Below are positions 1 to 9,665 of a stretch of DNA of 64,000 nucleotides, in pieces (position 1 is the stretch's first letter; each line of letters opens with the position of its first letter). Under the pieces are notes generated by a model, which saw only the letters and a program-made list of their open reading frames with translations, was not told where the DNA came from and ran no database searches. The translations under genes were made by a program, and so were the position numbers. The stretch is from NCBI GenBank assembly GCA_965248925.1, contig CBDFLE010000006.1, positions 3,008,001 through 3,072,000 on the forward strand. The letters are read 5' to 3'. Source of the stretch: Candidatus Multivoradales bacterium. GTDB lineage: Bacteria > Acidobacteriota > Thermoanaerobaculia > Multivoradales > J023.

Positions 1-182
1 CCCTTGGTAGATCCCAGATATGTGGTCAGGGCGGTGGGTGTGCGCGAAAAACGATTGGCCCGCGCCAAATAGCGCAACACCTCCCACTGCACCGGCCTTA
101 GGCCCTGGTGGTGCCCATCGTTGACCATCAGGCGGCCGAGGCGTTCAAGCAGCAGGGCTATTGGGTCTGGAGTTTCAGCCAT
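1..182 (-). CDS. MarR family transcriptional regulator (5' part; runs off window)
   Basis: Manual translation MAETPDPIALLLERLGRLMVNDGHHQGLRPVQWEVLRYLARANRFSRTPTALTTYLGSTKG resembles a MarR N-terminus and HTH. Not in the ORF track. Confidence 0.85.
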   Translation of the reverse strand, partial: MAETPDPIALLLERLGRLMVNDGHHQGLRPVQWEVLRYLARANRFSRTPTALTTYLGSTK

Positions 183-191
183 CTAGATAAA

Positions 192-256
192 ATAGCGACT
201 CGAAACCATCTTGACAAGCAGGAGTTGGTTCCTTAGTATTGGTATCGACTCGCTAC
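192..256 (+). promoter_or_regulatory. Sigma70 promoter flanked by two inverted MarR-type operator boxes
   Basis: TTGACA (211-216)-N17-TAGTAT (234-239). Boxes ATAGCGACTCGAAAC (192-206) and GTATCGACTCGCTAC (242-256) are each quasi-palindromic and match 12/15 as inverted copies. Confidence 0.75.
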
Positions 257-283
257 TAACTGATACAAACTAAGGAAGTAATC

Positions 284-1054
284 ATGAAAATCAAGCTACA
301 ACTCGTCGGCCTCCTATCCATCGTCTTTCTGGGTGCGGCTACCTTCGGTGCTGGGGTGGTGGTGGCGGCTGAACCCGCGCCGCTGGCCGGGTCGGCGGAT
401 CTCGATCTGCGGCGGGCCCGAGTCTCTTACCAGGCCGACCTCGACCTGCTGGTCTTCGAACTACAGGTGGCCGGCAAGGCCGGTGCTACTTTGCCCAAAG
501 CTGCCGGGCAGATGGATGGTGCCCCGGTCCTGGCCTATGTCTTCCCCACCACGCTGAAACCCGAGCAGGTCGGTTTTGCTGCCGGCGAGGGCACCCTGGC
601 CTTGGTCGCCACCAGCCACCCTGACTTTGATGACACGCCGCTGTGGGACGAGAGCGGCAATGGCAGTTCTACGGATACCAGCGACGGCAGGATCTTCCAC
701 TCGCATTGGGTGGTGCTGGTGCCCGATTCGCGAGTCGCCGGCGGTCTGTCGGTCAAGGCGGTGCAGGGTAGTGAGTTCGACAAGGAGCTGCCGGCGACCG
801 CTCCGGGGATGCCTATCTATCTTGATTCCCCCGGTTTCTCAGTGGTGATGCGGGGCGATCGGCTGCGGATTCCAGTGCCTGCTTGGAGGATTCGCGACCT
901 CGGCGATTTTCGTTTCGACGCTGTCACCGCCTACCTGCAAGTCAACACCTCAGATAGCGAGCGCCCCACTCTTGGGGTTTACAAGATCTACGAAGTGCTG
1001 AGTGGCGACCTGAGTTTGCCGCAGGTCTTCGATTCGCGGAAAGTAGATCGCTAG
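284..1054 (+). CDS. Secreted hypothetical protein
   Basis: AAGGAAG RBS, signal peptide, conserved-looking TSHPDFDDTPLWDE and HSHWVVL motifs; function not recognised. Confidence 0.8.
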   Translation: MKIKLQLVGLLSIVFLGAATFGAGVVVAAEPAPLAGSADLDLRRARVSYQADLDLLVFELQVAGKAGATLPKAAGQMDGAPVLAYVFPTTLKPEQVGFAAGEGTLALVATSHPDFDDTPLWDESGNGSSTDTSDGRIFHSHWVVLVPDSRVAGGLSVKAVQGSEFDKELPATAPGMPIYLDSPGFSVVMRGDRLRIPVPAWRIRDLGDFRFDAVTAYLQVNTSDSERPTLGVYKIYEVLSGDLSLPQVFDSRKVDR

Positions 1055-1269
1055 GGGAACAGCCGATACCAGCGCAGTGTTTTATCGCGTTTCGCGGCGG
1101 CCAGCTTCCTGGCCGGTCGTGGGTCAGATCAAGCCCGCGCCTGCGAACGATTGGGGCGGGTGAAACGTATTGCAAGAAAAGCGTTATGGCGCTGCTGCTG
1201 CCCAGCAGCGTCATTCTGCATCCGTTAGGATGAGAATGCGTTGGAGATGGCTATACTTTGGAGGAACAT

Positions 1270-2973
1270 ATGTCCCAAATACGACAAAAGATTTTTCTGG
1301 GTCTGCCTTGCTTGGCTCCCCTGAGCTGGGCACTGTTGGTCAGTGTTGCTTTGCTGTGGGTGCCGCAGGCGAGCGCCCAATCTTCGCCGTCGGCCGTCTT
1401 TGGTGAGCAGGTCGACGTACGAGTGATCAACCTGGAAGCGGTCGTCACCGATCGCTCAGGTTCCTTTGTCCCCGGTTTGACCAGTGCTGACTTTCGCCTA
1501 TTGGTCGACGGTCGTGAAGTGCCGGTGCAGTATTTCAGCGAGATCCGCGATCAGGTGGCGCAGGCATCCGAACAAGAGGGCGAGACGGCAGGTGTGCCAG
1601 CCGTTACCGCGGGACAGAAGGTTGGCACTAGCTATCTACTGTTCATCGACAACTTCTTCGGCATCAAGGCCGATCGCGACCGAGTGCTCAACAAACTGCG
1701 CGACGACCTGGAGGTCTTCGACGACGTCGATCAGATGGCGATTGTTGCCTTTGACGGTCGACGACTCGAGATGCTGCGCAACTGGTCGCACTCTGCGGCC
1801 GAGTTGTCGCGAGTTTTGCTCAAGGCCAAAGAGGCCAGTGCTTTCGGCCTGCAGCGCCGCGGCGAGCTCAATCGTTTCGAATCACAGAACCAATTCCAAT
1901 CGGCAGGGCTAATTCAGGAAACAACCAATACGATTTTGGAGGACTACCTCCATACCCTCAGTCGGCAAGTAGATAGCGCGTTGGCCGCGGCAACTACGGC
2001 GCTGCGGACTTTTGCCAACCCGTCGGGTCGAAAGGTGATGCTCTTGGCCGCCGGAGGCTGGCCAGAGAACTTGCGAGTATTCGCAGTGGGAGAAAACTTC
2101 TCGAGCCGGCGTTACGCCAACATCTACTCTCCCAAACAGGGCTTCGACAACCTCGCCAGCACCGCCAATCTGCTGGGCTACACTCTGTATCCGATCGATA
2201 TGCCCGGCTTGCGCACTACCGGTTCTGGTGCGGGCGAGAGTCTCATTGAACGTCAGAACGGGGGGAGTCTACAGTCTGGCTCGATCAATATTGCCGCTCA
2301 GGGTTTGAGTACCTATCGCGAGAACACGGTCGAGTCGACATTGCTGGTTCTGGCCCGAGAGACCGGTGGCGAGGCACTGATCAACGGCTTGCGCGACCGC
2401 GCCTTGGCCATTGTTCGAGCGGATCTGAACTCCTACTACTGGCTCGGATTCTCGCCCCGCCGGAATCGTGATGACCAGGTGCATGAGATCGAGATCGAAG
2501 TCTTGCGTCCGGGTTTGGAGGTTCGCAGCCGCAGAGGTTTCAAAGACCTGTCGCGTTCCACCGAGGTCACGATGCAGGTCGAGAGCGAGCTGCTCTTCGA
2601 CTCGACCTTCGATCGGGGCCCACGTCTAGAAGTCACGGTTGGCCAAGTGAAGAAAGCGCGCAAGGGGCTCAAGGTTGATGTGTTGTTGCGGGTGCCGCTC
2701 GACCAGGTGATTATGCTGCCGGTCAAGGGTGGTTTCGAGGCCAATCTGGAACTCCGCGTCGCGGCTCTCGAAGAAGACGGTGACCGCTCCGAGATCCCGG
2801 TGGTACCGGTGAAATTCGGTGGCCCCACCGCGCCCCAAGCAGGCCAGTATGCCACCTACCAGACCACCTTGCAGCTCCGCCGCAAGAAGCAGCGGCTGGT
2901 GCTGGCCCTCTACGATCTAGCCGGCGACGGCTTGCTCACCGCAGAATTGGAATTCAACCCGAAAGGCTTTTGA
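1270..2973 (+). CDS. VWA domain-containing protein (acidobacterial VWFA-related type)
   Basis: GGAGG RBS before ATG 1270; signal peptide; EQVDVRVINLEAVVTDRSG...GLTSADF, LARETGGEAL and SYYWLGFSP motifs. Confidence 0.85.
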   Translation: MSQIRQKIFLGLPCLAPLSWALLVSVALLWVPQASAQSSPSAVFGEQVDVRVINLEAVVTDRSGSFVPGLTSADFRLLVDGREVPVQYFSEIRDQVAQASEQEGETAGVPAVTAGQKVGTSYLLFIDNFFGIKADRDRVLNKLRDDLEVFDDVDQMAIVAFDGRRLEMLRNWSHSAAELSRVLLKAKEASAFGLQRRGELNRFESQNQFQSAGLIQETTNTILEDYLHTLSRQVDSALAAATTALRTFANPSGRKVMLLAAGGWPENLRVFAVGENFSSRRYANIYSPKQGFDNLASTANLLGYTLYPIDMPGLRTTGSGAGESLIERQNGGSLQSGSINIAAQGLSTYRENTVESTLLVLARETGGEALINGLRDRALAIVRADLNSYYWLGFSPRRNRDDQVHEIEIEVLRPGLEVRSRRGFKDLSRSTEVTMQVESELLFDSTFDRGPRLEVTVGQVKKARKGLKVDVLLRVPLDQVIMLPVKGGFEANLELRVAALEEDGDRSEIPVVPVKFGGPTAPQAGQYATYQTTLQLRRKKQRLVLALYDLAGDGLLTAELEFNPKGF

Positions 2974-3052
2974 AGTCGCCTTGGGCCGCCTGTCAAGGAA
3001 TCAGTACATCTTGGAAGATCCTGTAGGCCGCACGACATTGCGGCATCTTCGA

Positions 3053-3934
3053 TCAGCCGTAGGAGTACTGGTACCCTCCCCGTAACCACAGTTTCTGGCC
3101 GCTGCTCTCGACCTCCAGAGCGAAGCTCAGATTCTGTCTGATCTGACCTGGGCTGTGGTCGATGATCGACAAGACCGTACCGCCAGCCTGGCAACCCAAA
3201 GTGAAAGCACCGTTGATCATCGACTGCCCATTTTGGTTGCGAAATGAGGCGGTCTTGATACCGACCGCGTTGAACTTCATACCCCCAGCGGGCTTGACCC
3301 TGGGGTTGGGTTCGAGCTTCCAGGTAATCTCGACCGCGGTCGCGGTAGTGCCGTCCAGCAGCTTGATGGCACCTGTGGAATCTATGCTGTAGGCGACCGG
3401 GTTGGCCTTGCTGGCCGGAGGTGATTGTGTCGGCTTGAAAATGAAGGTGGGAGCATTGGTGACATCTTGCCCGGCATTGTAGAGGATAGTTGCTTCGATC
3501 TTGCCAACGCCACCGCCGTTGCCGAAAGGATCGTTGGAGCCTTGGTTGTAGATCCTGGGATCCAAGGAGGTGTCGGAGTCGTCGTCGAGTTTGAAGAACA
3601 GATCGTAGAGATAGGACTTGCCGTTCTTTGACGCCCCGTCGAGGACGGTGATCGACGAGCGATTGGCGGCCACCTTGACCACCTTCAAGTCGGAGTTGAG
3701 TTTGATCGGGAGTGCTGAGTCGAGGAAGGTCTCGGTGTAGTCCCAGCCCCGTTTCCAGATCCCGAAGGTGGTGATCTTGGCCGGGGACGGTACGGTGAAA
3801 TCGAGTTGCAGAGAATCGAACGCACCCACTTGGATCCAATCTGTCCCTACCGTGAGTTGCCCTTTCTGAAAGGGTTTCATTTGCACTCTCGATGTTGAAA
3901 CGTCGAGGTCGATGGTTTTCCTGGTCACGGCCAT
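3053..3934 (-). CDS. Hypothetical protein with two DP-EP (DUF1888)-like beta domains
   Basis: AAGGAG RBS; start overlaps the kinase stop. Domain 1 ends SITVLD...YLYDLFF...LDPRIYN; domain 2 has PTFIF/ITWKL/GMKF/GTVLSIID/FALEV. The family call is by resemblance only. Confidence 0.6.
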   Translation of the reverse strand: MAVTRKTIDLDVSTSRVQMKPFQKGQLTVGTDWIQVGAFDSLQLDFTVPSPAKITTFGIWKRGWDYTETFLDSALPIKLNSDLKVVKVAANRSSITVLDGASKNGKSYLYDLFFKLDDDSDTSLDPRIYNQGSNDPFGNGGGVGKIEATILYNAGQDVTNAPTFIFKPTQSPPASKANPVAYSIDSTGAIKLLDGTTATAVEITWKLEPNPRVKPAGGMKFNAVGIKTASFRNQNGQSMINGAFTLGCQAGGTVLSIIDHSPGQIRQNLSFALEVESSGQKLWLRGGYQYSYG

Positions 3935-6663
3935 GTCGGATCTCCTTTTCTGCGGCCGTCAGCATGTTGGCCTGGTGGACGGTTTTGCGGGCTACGCCAC
4001 CGCAGCTCGGCAAGTGCGATACCGCGATCGGCGAGCTGCTCAGCCAGTCTCTGCGCTTGCTCGGTACGGCCGAGCCGATGCAGGGCTCGAGCACGGTTGA
4101 CGAGTAGAGGGCTGGTGCCCTCGCTTGCGGCCCGCTCGGTTAGCGTCAGCACCCTCTGCCAGCGCCGCCGGGCTTGGTCTGGCTGGCCAAGCTCCGCCGC
4201 GGCCGAGCCGAGCAGCAAGTGCAGCCGGCTTAGTAGGCCGAGGTCCTCGGTGTCGGGAGGGTCGCTGTCGCCGAGCAAGTGGAGGGCTCGCTGAGCATCC
4301 TGGGTGGCTGTTTCCCACTGGCGGTCGGCGTGGAACAGGAAGGCTCGTCGGTAGCCTGCCAGAGCGCCGATGCGGCGCACTTCGCGATGCCCAGCATCGA
4401 GATCTTCCAGACCTTCGGCGATCTTGCCGAGTCGGCTCCAGGTCAGGCGTGCGGCAGCCCGGCGCTCGGTGTGCCATTCGATCGCTCCCAGCTTCTGCAC
4501 CGTTCTGGCGAGTTTGGCTTGCCAGCGGAGGTTCTGTGGATCGTGGGAACGCAGTTGGCTGAACATCGCTTCGGCCCGCCGCAGGTGATCTTCGGCCTCT
4601 GGCCATTGGGCCAAGACGAATAGCAGCTCGCCTTGATAATCCAAGGCGGTGGCCAGGTGGTCGCGAAAGATCAGGTTATCGGGCTGGCGCGCGGTGAGCC
4701 AGCGGCGCTCGGCCAGCTCGGAGGCGAAGCCGCCGCGAGCGGTTTCGAACTTGCCGAAGTGGCTGGCCAGTACCGCCAGCAGGTTGTGGGTTGCGGCCAA
4801 CTCGAAGCGGTAGCGGGCGTTTTCTGGCTCGCGATCGACCAGCTCTTGGTTGATCTCGAGGGTGGCCGAGAAGCGTTGCCGAGCGGCGCCGAGCTCGCCG
4901 AGTTCTTGCAGCACCGAACCCAGGTTGCTCTGGGCATAGGCCAACTCGAGTTGGTAGTCGAGATTCTCGCCGCGCAGCTCGACCAGGCGTTCGGAGAGGT
5001 CTAGATAGGCTTCGAAATGGTGCCGAGCGGCGGCGCTTTTTTGCTGGTCCCAATAGGCCTTGCCGACCCAGAAGTGGCTCTGCCCAAGATCAAACAGGCG
5101 CCGCGGATTTTGTGCTGCGCGATCAGCCAATGCCTGAGCCAGGTCGAGAGACTCTTCGAGGGGTGGGAGGGCGCCGCTGAAGTCGAAACGCTCCAGCCGC
5201 ACCTCGCCGATCTGGTAAAGGGCGCGCGAGCGAAAAGCCAGCTCATCGTCGCTCAGCTCAGCCTCGGGCACGGCGGAGAAGTAGGCCATTGCGCGCTCGC
5301 CGATCTCGTCGAGAATCTCCAGCCGGCCGACCGCGGCCAGCTTTTGTCGCAAGCTGGTCAGCATGTAGCCGATCATGTCCTCGGCCTGGGCTCGGCGGTC
5401 GGCGGCTCGGCGGTTGGCCAGCCTTGCTTCGACGCCCAGCGCCGCGGCGATGACCAGGGCACCGATCAACAGCACGGTGGCGATGGCGCCGACGCTCAAG
5501 ATCCACCGGTGGCGCACCGCGAAACGGCTCAAGCGTTCGGCACGGCTGGTGGCGTAGGCCGCGACCTCCTCGCCATCGAGATAGCGCCACAGATCCTCGG
5601 CCAGTGCCCGCGCCGAGCGATAGCGCTGCTCAGGATCCTTGGCCAGACAGCGGTGGACGATCGCCGCCAGGTCTTTCGGCAAGGAACTCAGCCGCTGACG
5701 CAAGGGCACGGGAGGGTCGTCATGGATCGATCGCAGCAGAGCGGGCAGAGTATCGCCGGAGTGCGGCAGTTGGCCGCAGAGAAGTTGGTAGAGGGTGACG
5801 CCGAGGGCGTAGATATCGGCCCGCCGATCCGGTTGGGCGTTGGCTTCGAGCGCTTCGGGAGCCATGTAGACGGGCGTGCCGGCAGTCGGAGCGGAGCTAT
5901 CGTCAGTGCCGCCGCCGGCCGCGGGCTCTTGCCAGGCGGCGACGCCGAAATCGGTCAACCACGGGGTCCAGCCGCCGTGATCGTTGGCTTCTACCAGGAT
6001 ATTCGAGGGCTTGATGTCGCGATGGATCAGCCCCCGGCCGTGGGCTACTTGCAGACCTTCGGCAATTTGGGCCAGCAAGCGCACCCGCTGCTCGATAGCG
6101 ATCTCTTCGCCGAGTTGCAACACGGTTGGGCCGTCGACCCAGCGCATCGAGATGTAGGGTCGCTGATCAAGCTCGCCGGTGTCGTAGACCTCCAGGATGG
6201 CCGGGTGACGCACCCCTGCCTGCGCCCGAGCCTCGCGTAGTAGCAAGTCGCTCTGCCGCGGGTCAGCATGGTCGAGGAACTTGAGTGCCACGGGACGTTG
6301 CAAGTGGCGATCGAAAGCCTTGTAGACGGTTGCCATGCCGCCTTCGCCGAGGGGGTCGCCGATCTCATAGCGATCCTCGGGCGAACTCTCAGGTGCAGCG
6401 GCCGCGCTGGCTTCGAGCACTGCTTCGAGAAGGTCTGCGGCCGGCACGGCAAGAAAACTCGCTGGCAGATCCGCCGCTTGCCGCAGGCGCTGTTCAGCTT
6501 CGGCGAGCAGCCGCGGTTGGGTCACCGTCAGCCGACGCAAGTAGGATTTGCGCTCGCCGGTGTCGAGAGCAGAAATCTCGAGCAGCATTTTGCCGATTCG
6601 CAACTCAGTCTTGGCGCCGAACGTCGCGACCCTGCGGTCGGGAGTCGGCGATGCTTCAGCCAT
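3925..6663 (-). CDS. Membrane Ser/Thr protein kinase with extracytoplasmic TPR-like region
   Basis: GEGGMA, VALK, HRDIKPSN, DFG and GTPVYMAPE motifs, a TM helix, then helical repeats. ATG 6663 overlaps the upstream stop. Confidence 0.92.
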   Translation of the reverse strand: MAEASPTPDRRVATFGAKTELRIGKMLLEISALDTGERKSYLRRLTVTQPRLLAEAEQRLRQAADLPASFLAVPAADLLEAVLEASAAAAPESSPEDRYEIGDPLGEGGMATVYKAFDRHLQRPVALKFLDHADPRQSDLLLREARAQAGVRHPAILEVYDTGELDQRPYISMRWVDGPTVLQLGEEIAIEQRVRLLAQIAEGLQVAHGRGLIHRDIKPSNILVEANDHGGWTPWLTDFGVAAWQEPAAGGGTDDSSAPTAGTPVYMAPEALEANAQPDRRADIYALGVTLYQLLCGQLPHSGDTLPALLRSIHDDPPVPLRQRLSSLPKDLAAIVHRCLAKDPEQRYRSARALAEDLWRYLDGEEVAAYATSRAERLSRFAVRHRWILSVGAIATVLLIGALVIAAALGVEARLANRRAADRRAQAEDMIGYMLTSLRQKLAAVGRLEILDEIGERAMAYFSAVPEAELSDDELAFRSRALYQIGEVRLERFDFSGALPPLEESLDLAQALADRAAQNPRRLFDLGQSHFWVGKAYWDQQKSAAARHHFEAYLDLSERLVELRGENLDYQLELAYAQSNLGSVLQELGELGAARQRFSATLEINQELVDREPENARYRFELAATHNLLAVLASHFGKFETARGGFASELAERRWLTARQPDNLIFRDHLATALDYQGELLFVLAQWPEAEDHLRRAEAMFSQLRSHDPQNLRWQAKLARTVQKLGAIEWHTERRAAARLTWSRLGKIAEGLEDLDAGHREVRRIGALAGYRRAFLFHADRQWETATQDAQRALHLLGDSDPPDTEDLGLLSRLHLLLGSAAAELGQPDQARRRWQRVLTLTERAASEGTSPLLVNRARALHRLGRTEQAQRLAEQLADRGIALAELRWRSPQNRPPGQHADGRRKGDPTWP

Positions 6664-9034
6664 CTTGCCCGCCGATGTTGTCCGCAGGGTGCAGATCGAG
6701 CAGGCGTTGGCGAGCATCGCGGGTGCTCAAGGCATGCTCGCCATTGAGATCGAGCAGAGCTTGGTAGGCCGGTGCCAGGCAGCGCTCAGCCTCGGCGAGG
6801 CGCCCCTCGCGGCGATAGAGTTCACCCAACAAGCTGTCGGCATCGGCCCATCGCCAGTCGCTGGTCGGCCGGTTTTGGCGCAGTTTGCGGCGTGCTCGGC
6901 GCAGTAGCAGGCGCGCCGTGTCGAGTTCCCCTTCGGCGAGCAGCAGCTCGCTAAGGTTGCGTTCGCTGTGCGCGACTTGGAAATGCTCGTCACCAAAGCG
7001 GTGGCGGAAAATCTCGAGGGCTTGGCGGTAGTGCTGCTCTGCTGTCCAAACATCGCCGAGCGCTCGCCGCACGCTACCCAGCAAATCGAGCACCGAGGCC
7101 ACCAAGGTGTGGTCCGGCCCGAATTCCGCGCGCCGGATGCGCAGTGCTTCTTCGAGTAAATCGACGGCGTTGGTGGGCTGACCGCGAGCATATAGAGCCG
7201 CCGCCAGGCTGCGTAGGCCGCTGGCGATCCGCGGATCATCGTTGCCATAGAGCTGACGGCGAGTTTCGAGGCTGCTCTGGTAGAGCGCTTCGGCTGCGTC
7301 GTAGGCGCCGCGGTAGAGCAGGGTGGTGGCTAGGTTCGATTGGATTGCCGCCGCTTTCTCCAGGTCACCTAGCTGCTGGTAGATGGCCAGGGCCTCGTCC
7401 ATCAGGCTCTCTGCTTCGGCGTAATCGAGAGCCTCGAGATGGATCGCGCCGAGGTTGTTGAGCCGCGCTGCCAGGCCACTCGAAGCACCCGGATGCAAGC
7501 CGCGCCAAGTGCTGAGGGATTGGCTCAGCAGGCTCAGGGCGGGGTCGATCTGGCCGAGTTGGTAGTAGAGCTTGCCCAGGGTAGCGCCGAGCTCGGCGCG
7601 CAGCTCGGGTTCGGCGTCGAGCTCGGGCTCGTCGAGTTGGCGAGCGGCGCGATCCAGAATCAGGCTCGGGGTCAGTTCGGCGCCGCCGCGGCGGTCGGGG
7701 TCGGCGACGTTGATTAGCTCGCGCATCACCGCCACCACCCGTTCGGCCCGTTGGCGCTGGGCCAGGCGTTGCCGACCGCTGCTCCACAGCCAGAACCCAG
7801 CCACGCCGAGCGCCACCACCAGTACTCCTAGAGTCTTGCGGTGGCGGCGCAAGAACTTAGTGCTGCGATAGATAGTGGTGCCGCGTCGCGCTCGCACCGG
7901 CAGACCGGCGCGGTGGCGGCGCAGGTCGTCGGCCAGCTGGTCCACCGAACTATAGCGCTGCTGCGGCTCCTTGCGCAGAGCTTGCAGCACGATGGCGTCG
8001 AGATCGCCCTTGAGGAGCCGACTCCAGCGATAGGGATCGAAGGCGGTAGCGGTGGTGCTACCGCGGGTGTGGCGGCGGCGCACCAGGGTGCTGGGCCGCA
8101 GCGGCTGGTGCCGCACCACTCGTTCAGCGATCTCCTCGATACCGCAGTCATGCAGCTCGTTGGGCAAGTGGCCGGTGAGCAGCAGGTAGAGCAGCAGGCC
8201 AAGGGCGTAGATGTCGCTAGTGGTGGTTACCGGTTGCTGGCGCACTTGCTCGGGGCTGGCGAAACGCGGGGTCATGGGGGCGCTCGAGGTGCGGGTCAAG
8301 CCGCCGCTTAAGTCGTCGCCGAGCAGTTTGGCGATGCCGAAATCGAGCAGTTTCGGTACCCCGTCGGCGCCGACCAGGACATTCGACGGCTTGAGATCAC
8401 GATGCACCACTAGATTACGGTGGGCCAAGGCGAGGGCCGAGCAAACTTGCGCGAACAGCTCCAGGCGTTGGGCGACGGAGAGCTGGTGATGTTCACAGTA
8501 GGTGTCGATCGGCTCGCCGACGACCAGCTCCATCACCAGGTAGGGTCGGCCGTCCTCAGTGGTGCCACCGTCGAACAGGCGGGCGATGGATGGGTGTTCG
8601 AGTCGGGCGAGAATCTGTCGCTCGTTGTGAAACCGGGCGATGGTGGTGGCACCGAGCAAGTGTCGTTGTACAACTTTGATCGCCACTTGCTTGTCGTAGT
8701 CGTCTTCACGCCGCGCCCGATAGACCGAGCCCATGCCGCCACGGCCTAACAGCTCGTGCAAACGGTAAGGGCCAAGGCGAGTCTCCTCCAGGCTGTTGGC
8801 TCGCGCTGAGGGGCTTGGTAGCAGGTCATGGGCCGGCTGGGCGAGGAAGGCGTCAGCTTGCCCTTCGAGGGTCAGCAACTCGTCAAGTTCGCGGCGTAGG
8901 GCCGAGTCGTTGCCACAGGCTTGGTCGAGTTTTTCAGCGCGTTGAACGGCCGGGGCGTCGAGGGCCAGTTGCAACAACTCCATGACTCGCTGGCGATGCT
9001 TGGCGCTAGCGGCGGAAGCCCCCCGCCGGCTCAT
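6656..9034 (-). CDS. Membrane Ser/Thr protein kinase with TPR repeats (PknS/PknT-like)
   Basis: GRGGMG, VAIK, HRDLKPSN, DFG and TPRFASPE motifs; TM; NNLG-type TPRs; ATGA overlap with the ECF gene. Confidence 0.94.
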   Translation of the reverse strand: MSRRGASAASAKHRQRVMELLQLALDAPAVQRAEKLDQACGNDSALRRELDELLTLEGQADAFLAQPAHDLLPSPSARANSLEETRLGPYRLHELLGRGGMGSVYRARREDDYDKQVAIKVVQRHLLGATTIARFHNERQILARLEHPSIARLFDGGTTEDGRPYLVMELVVGEPIDTYCEHHQLSVAQRLELFAQVCSALALAHRNLVVHRDLKPSNVLVGADGVPKLLDFGIAKLLGDDLSGGLTRTSSAPMTPRFASPEQVRQQPVTTTSDIYALGLLLYLLLTGHLPNELHDCGIEEIAERVVRHQPLRPSTLVRRRHTRGSTTATAFDPYRWSRLLKGDLDAIVLQALRKEPQQRYSSVDQLADDLRRHRAGLPVRARRGTTIYRSTKFLRRHRKTLGVLVVALGVAGFWLWSSGRQRLAQRQRAERVVAVMRELINVADPDRRGGAELTPSLILDRAARQLDEPELDAEPELRAELGATLGKLYYQLGQIDPALSLLSQSLSTWRGLHPGASSGLAARLNNLGAIHLEALDYAEAESLMDEALAIYQQLGDLEKAAAIQSNLATTLLYRGAYDAAEALYQSSLETRRQLYGNDDPRIASGLRSLAAALYARGQPTNAVDLLEEALRIRRAEFGPDHTLVASVLDLLGSVRRALGDVWTAEQHYRQALEIFRHRFGDEHFQVAHSERNLSELLLAEGELDTARLLLRRARRKLRQNRPTSDWRWADADSLLGELYRREGRLAEAERCLAPAYQALLDLNGEHALSTRDARQRLLDLHPADNIGGQDG

Positions 9035-9606
9035 GGATCGCCTTGGCGAAGCTCATGCAGCAGCCAAATCTTGGCTGCCTTGAGGTCTCGTTTGACAGTC
9101 GCCGGTGAGACCTTTGCCAGGTCAGCAATTTCGTCGAAGGTCAGGCCGCCGAAGTAGCTCAGTTGGACGAACTCTGCTTGCCGCGGAGCAAACTTGCCGA
9201 GCGCCACCAAGGCATCGTCGAGCGCCACCAAATCGACGTCGCGATCGACCGCGATGCCGAGCACTTGGTCGAGCGGTAGAGGCGGGGTGCCACCGCCGTG
9301 CCGTACCGCCCGGCGCCGTCGGGCGTGGTCCACCAGGATCCGCCGCATGGTCTGAGCGAGCACGGCGAAGAATTGCACCCGGCTGGCAAAACGCACCTTG
9401 CGGCGACCCGCCAAACGCAGGTATGCCTCGTGTACCAAGGCGGTTGGCTGCAAAGTGTGACCGGGGGCTTCGCGAGCCATGTAGCCCCGCGCCAAGCCCC
9501 GCAAATCGCTCATTACCAGGGGCATCAGCTGTTCTACCGCGTGTGGGTCGCCAGCGCTCCAGGCATCGAGCAACTCCGTCACATCGGGACGCTCGGACGT
9601 GTTCAT
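9031..9606 (-). CDS. ECF43-type (TIGR02999-like) RNA polymerase sigma factor
   Basis: VTELLDAW..GD, TLQPTALVHEAYLRL, MRRILVDHAR, YFGGLT..EIA and TVKRDL..AKIWL motifs. Confidence 0.93.
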   Translation of the reverse strand: MNTSERPDVTELLDAWSAGDPHAVEQLMPLVMSDLRGLARGYMAREAPGHTLQPTALVHEAYLRLAGRRKVRFASRVQFFAVLAQTMRRILVDHARRRRAVRHGGGTPPLPLDQVLGIAVDRDVDLVALDDALVALGKFAPRQAEFVQLSYFGGLTFDEIADLAKVSPATVKRDLKAAKIWLLHELRQGDP

Positions 9607-9665
9607 GGAGTTTTCATGGTATCAGCCGGATTGCGTCCAGCGCCGCTGCCTGCGATCATTATTGC

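Noticed and set aside
9105-9665. N-terminal extension of the second ECF
   Set aside because: It is antisense to the first ECF gene; homology starts near GTG 9666.
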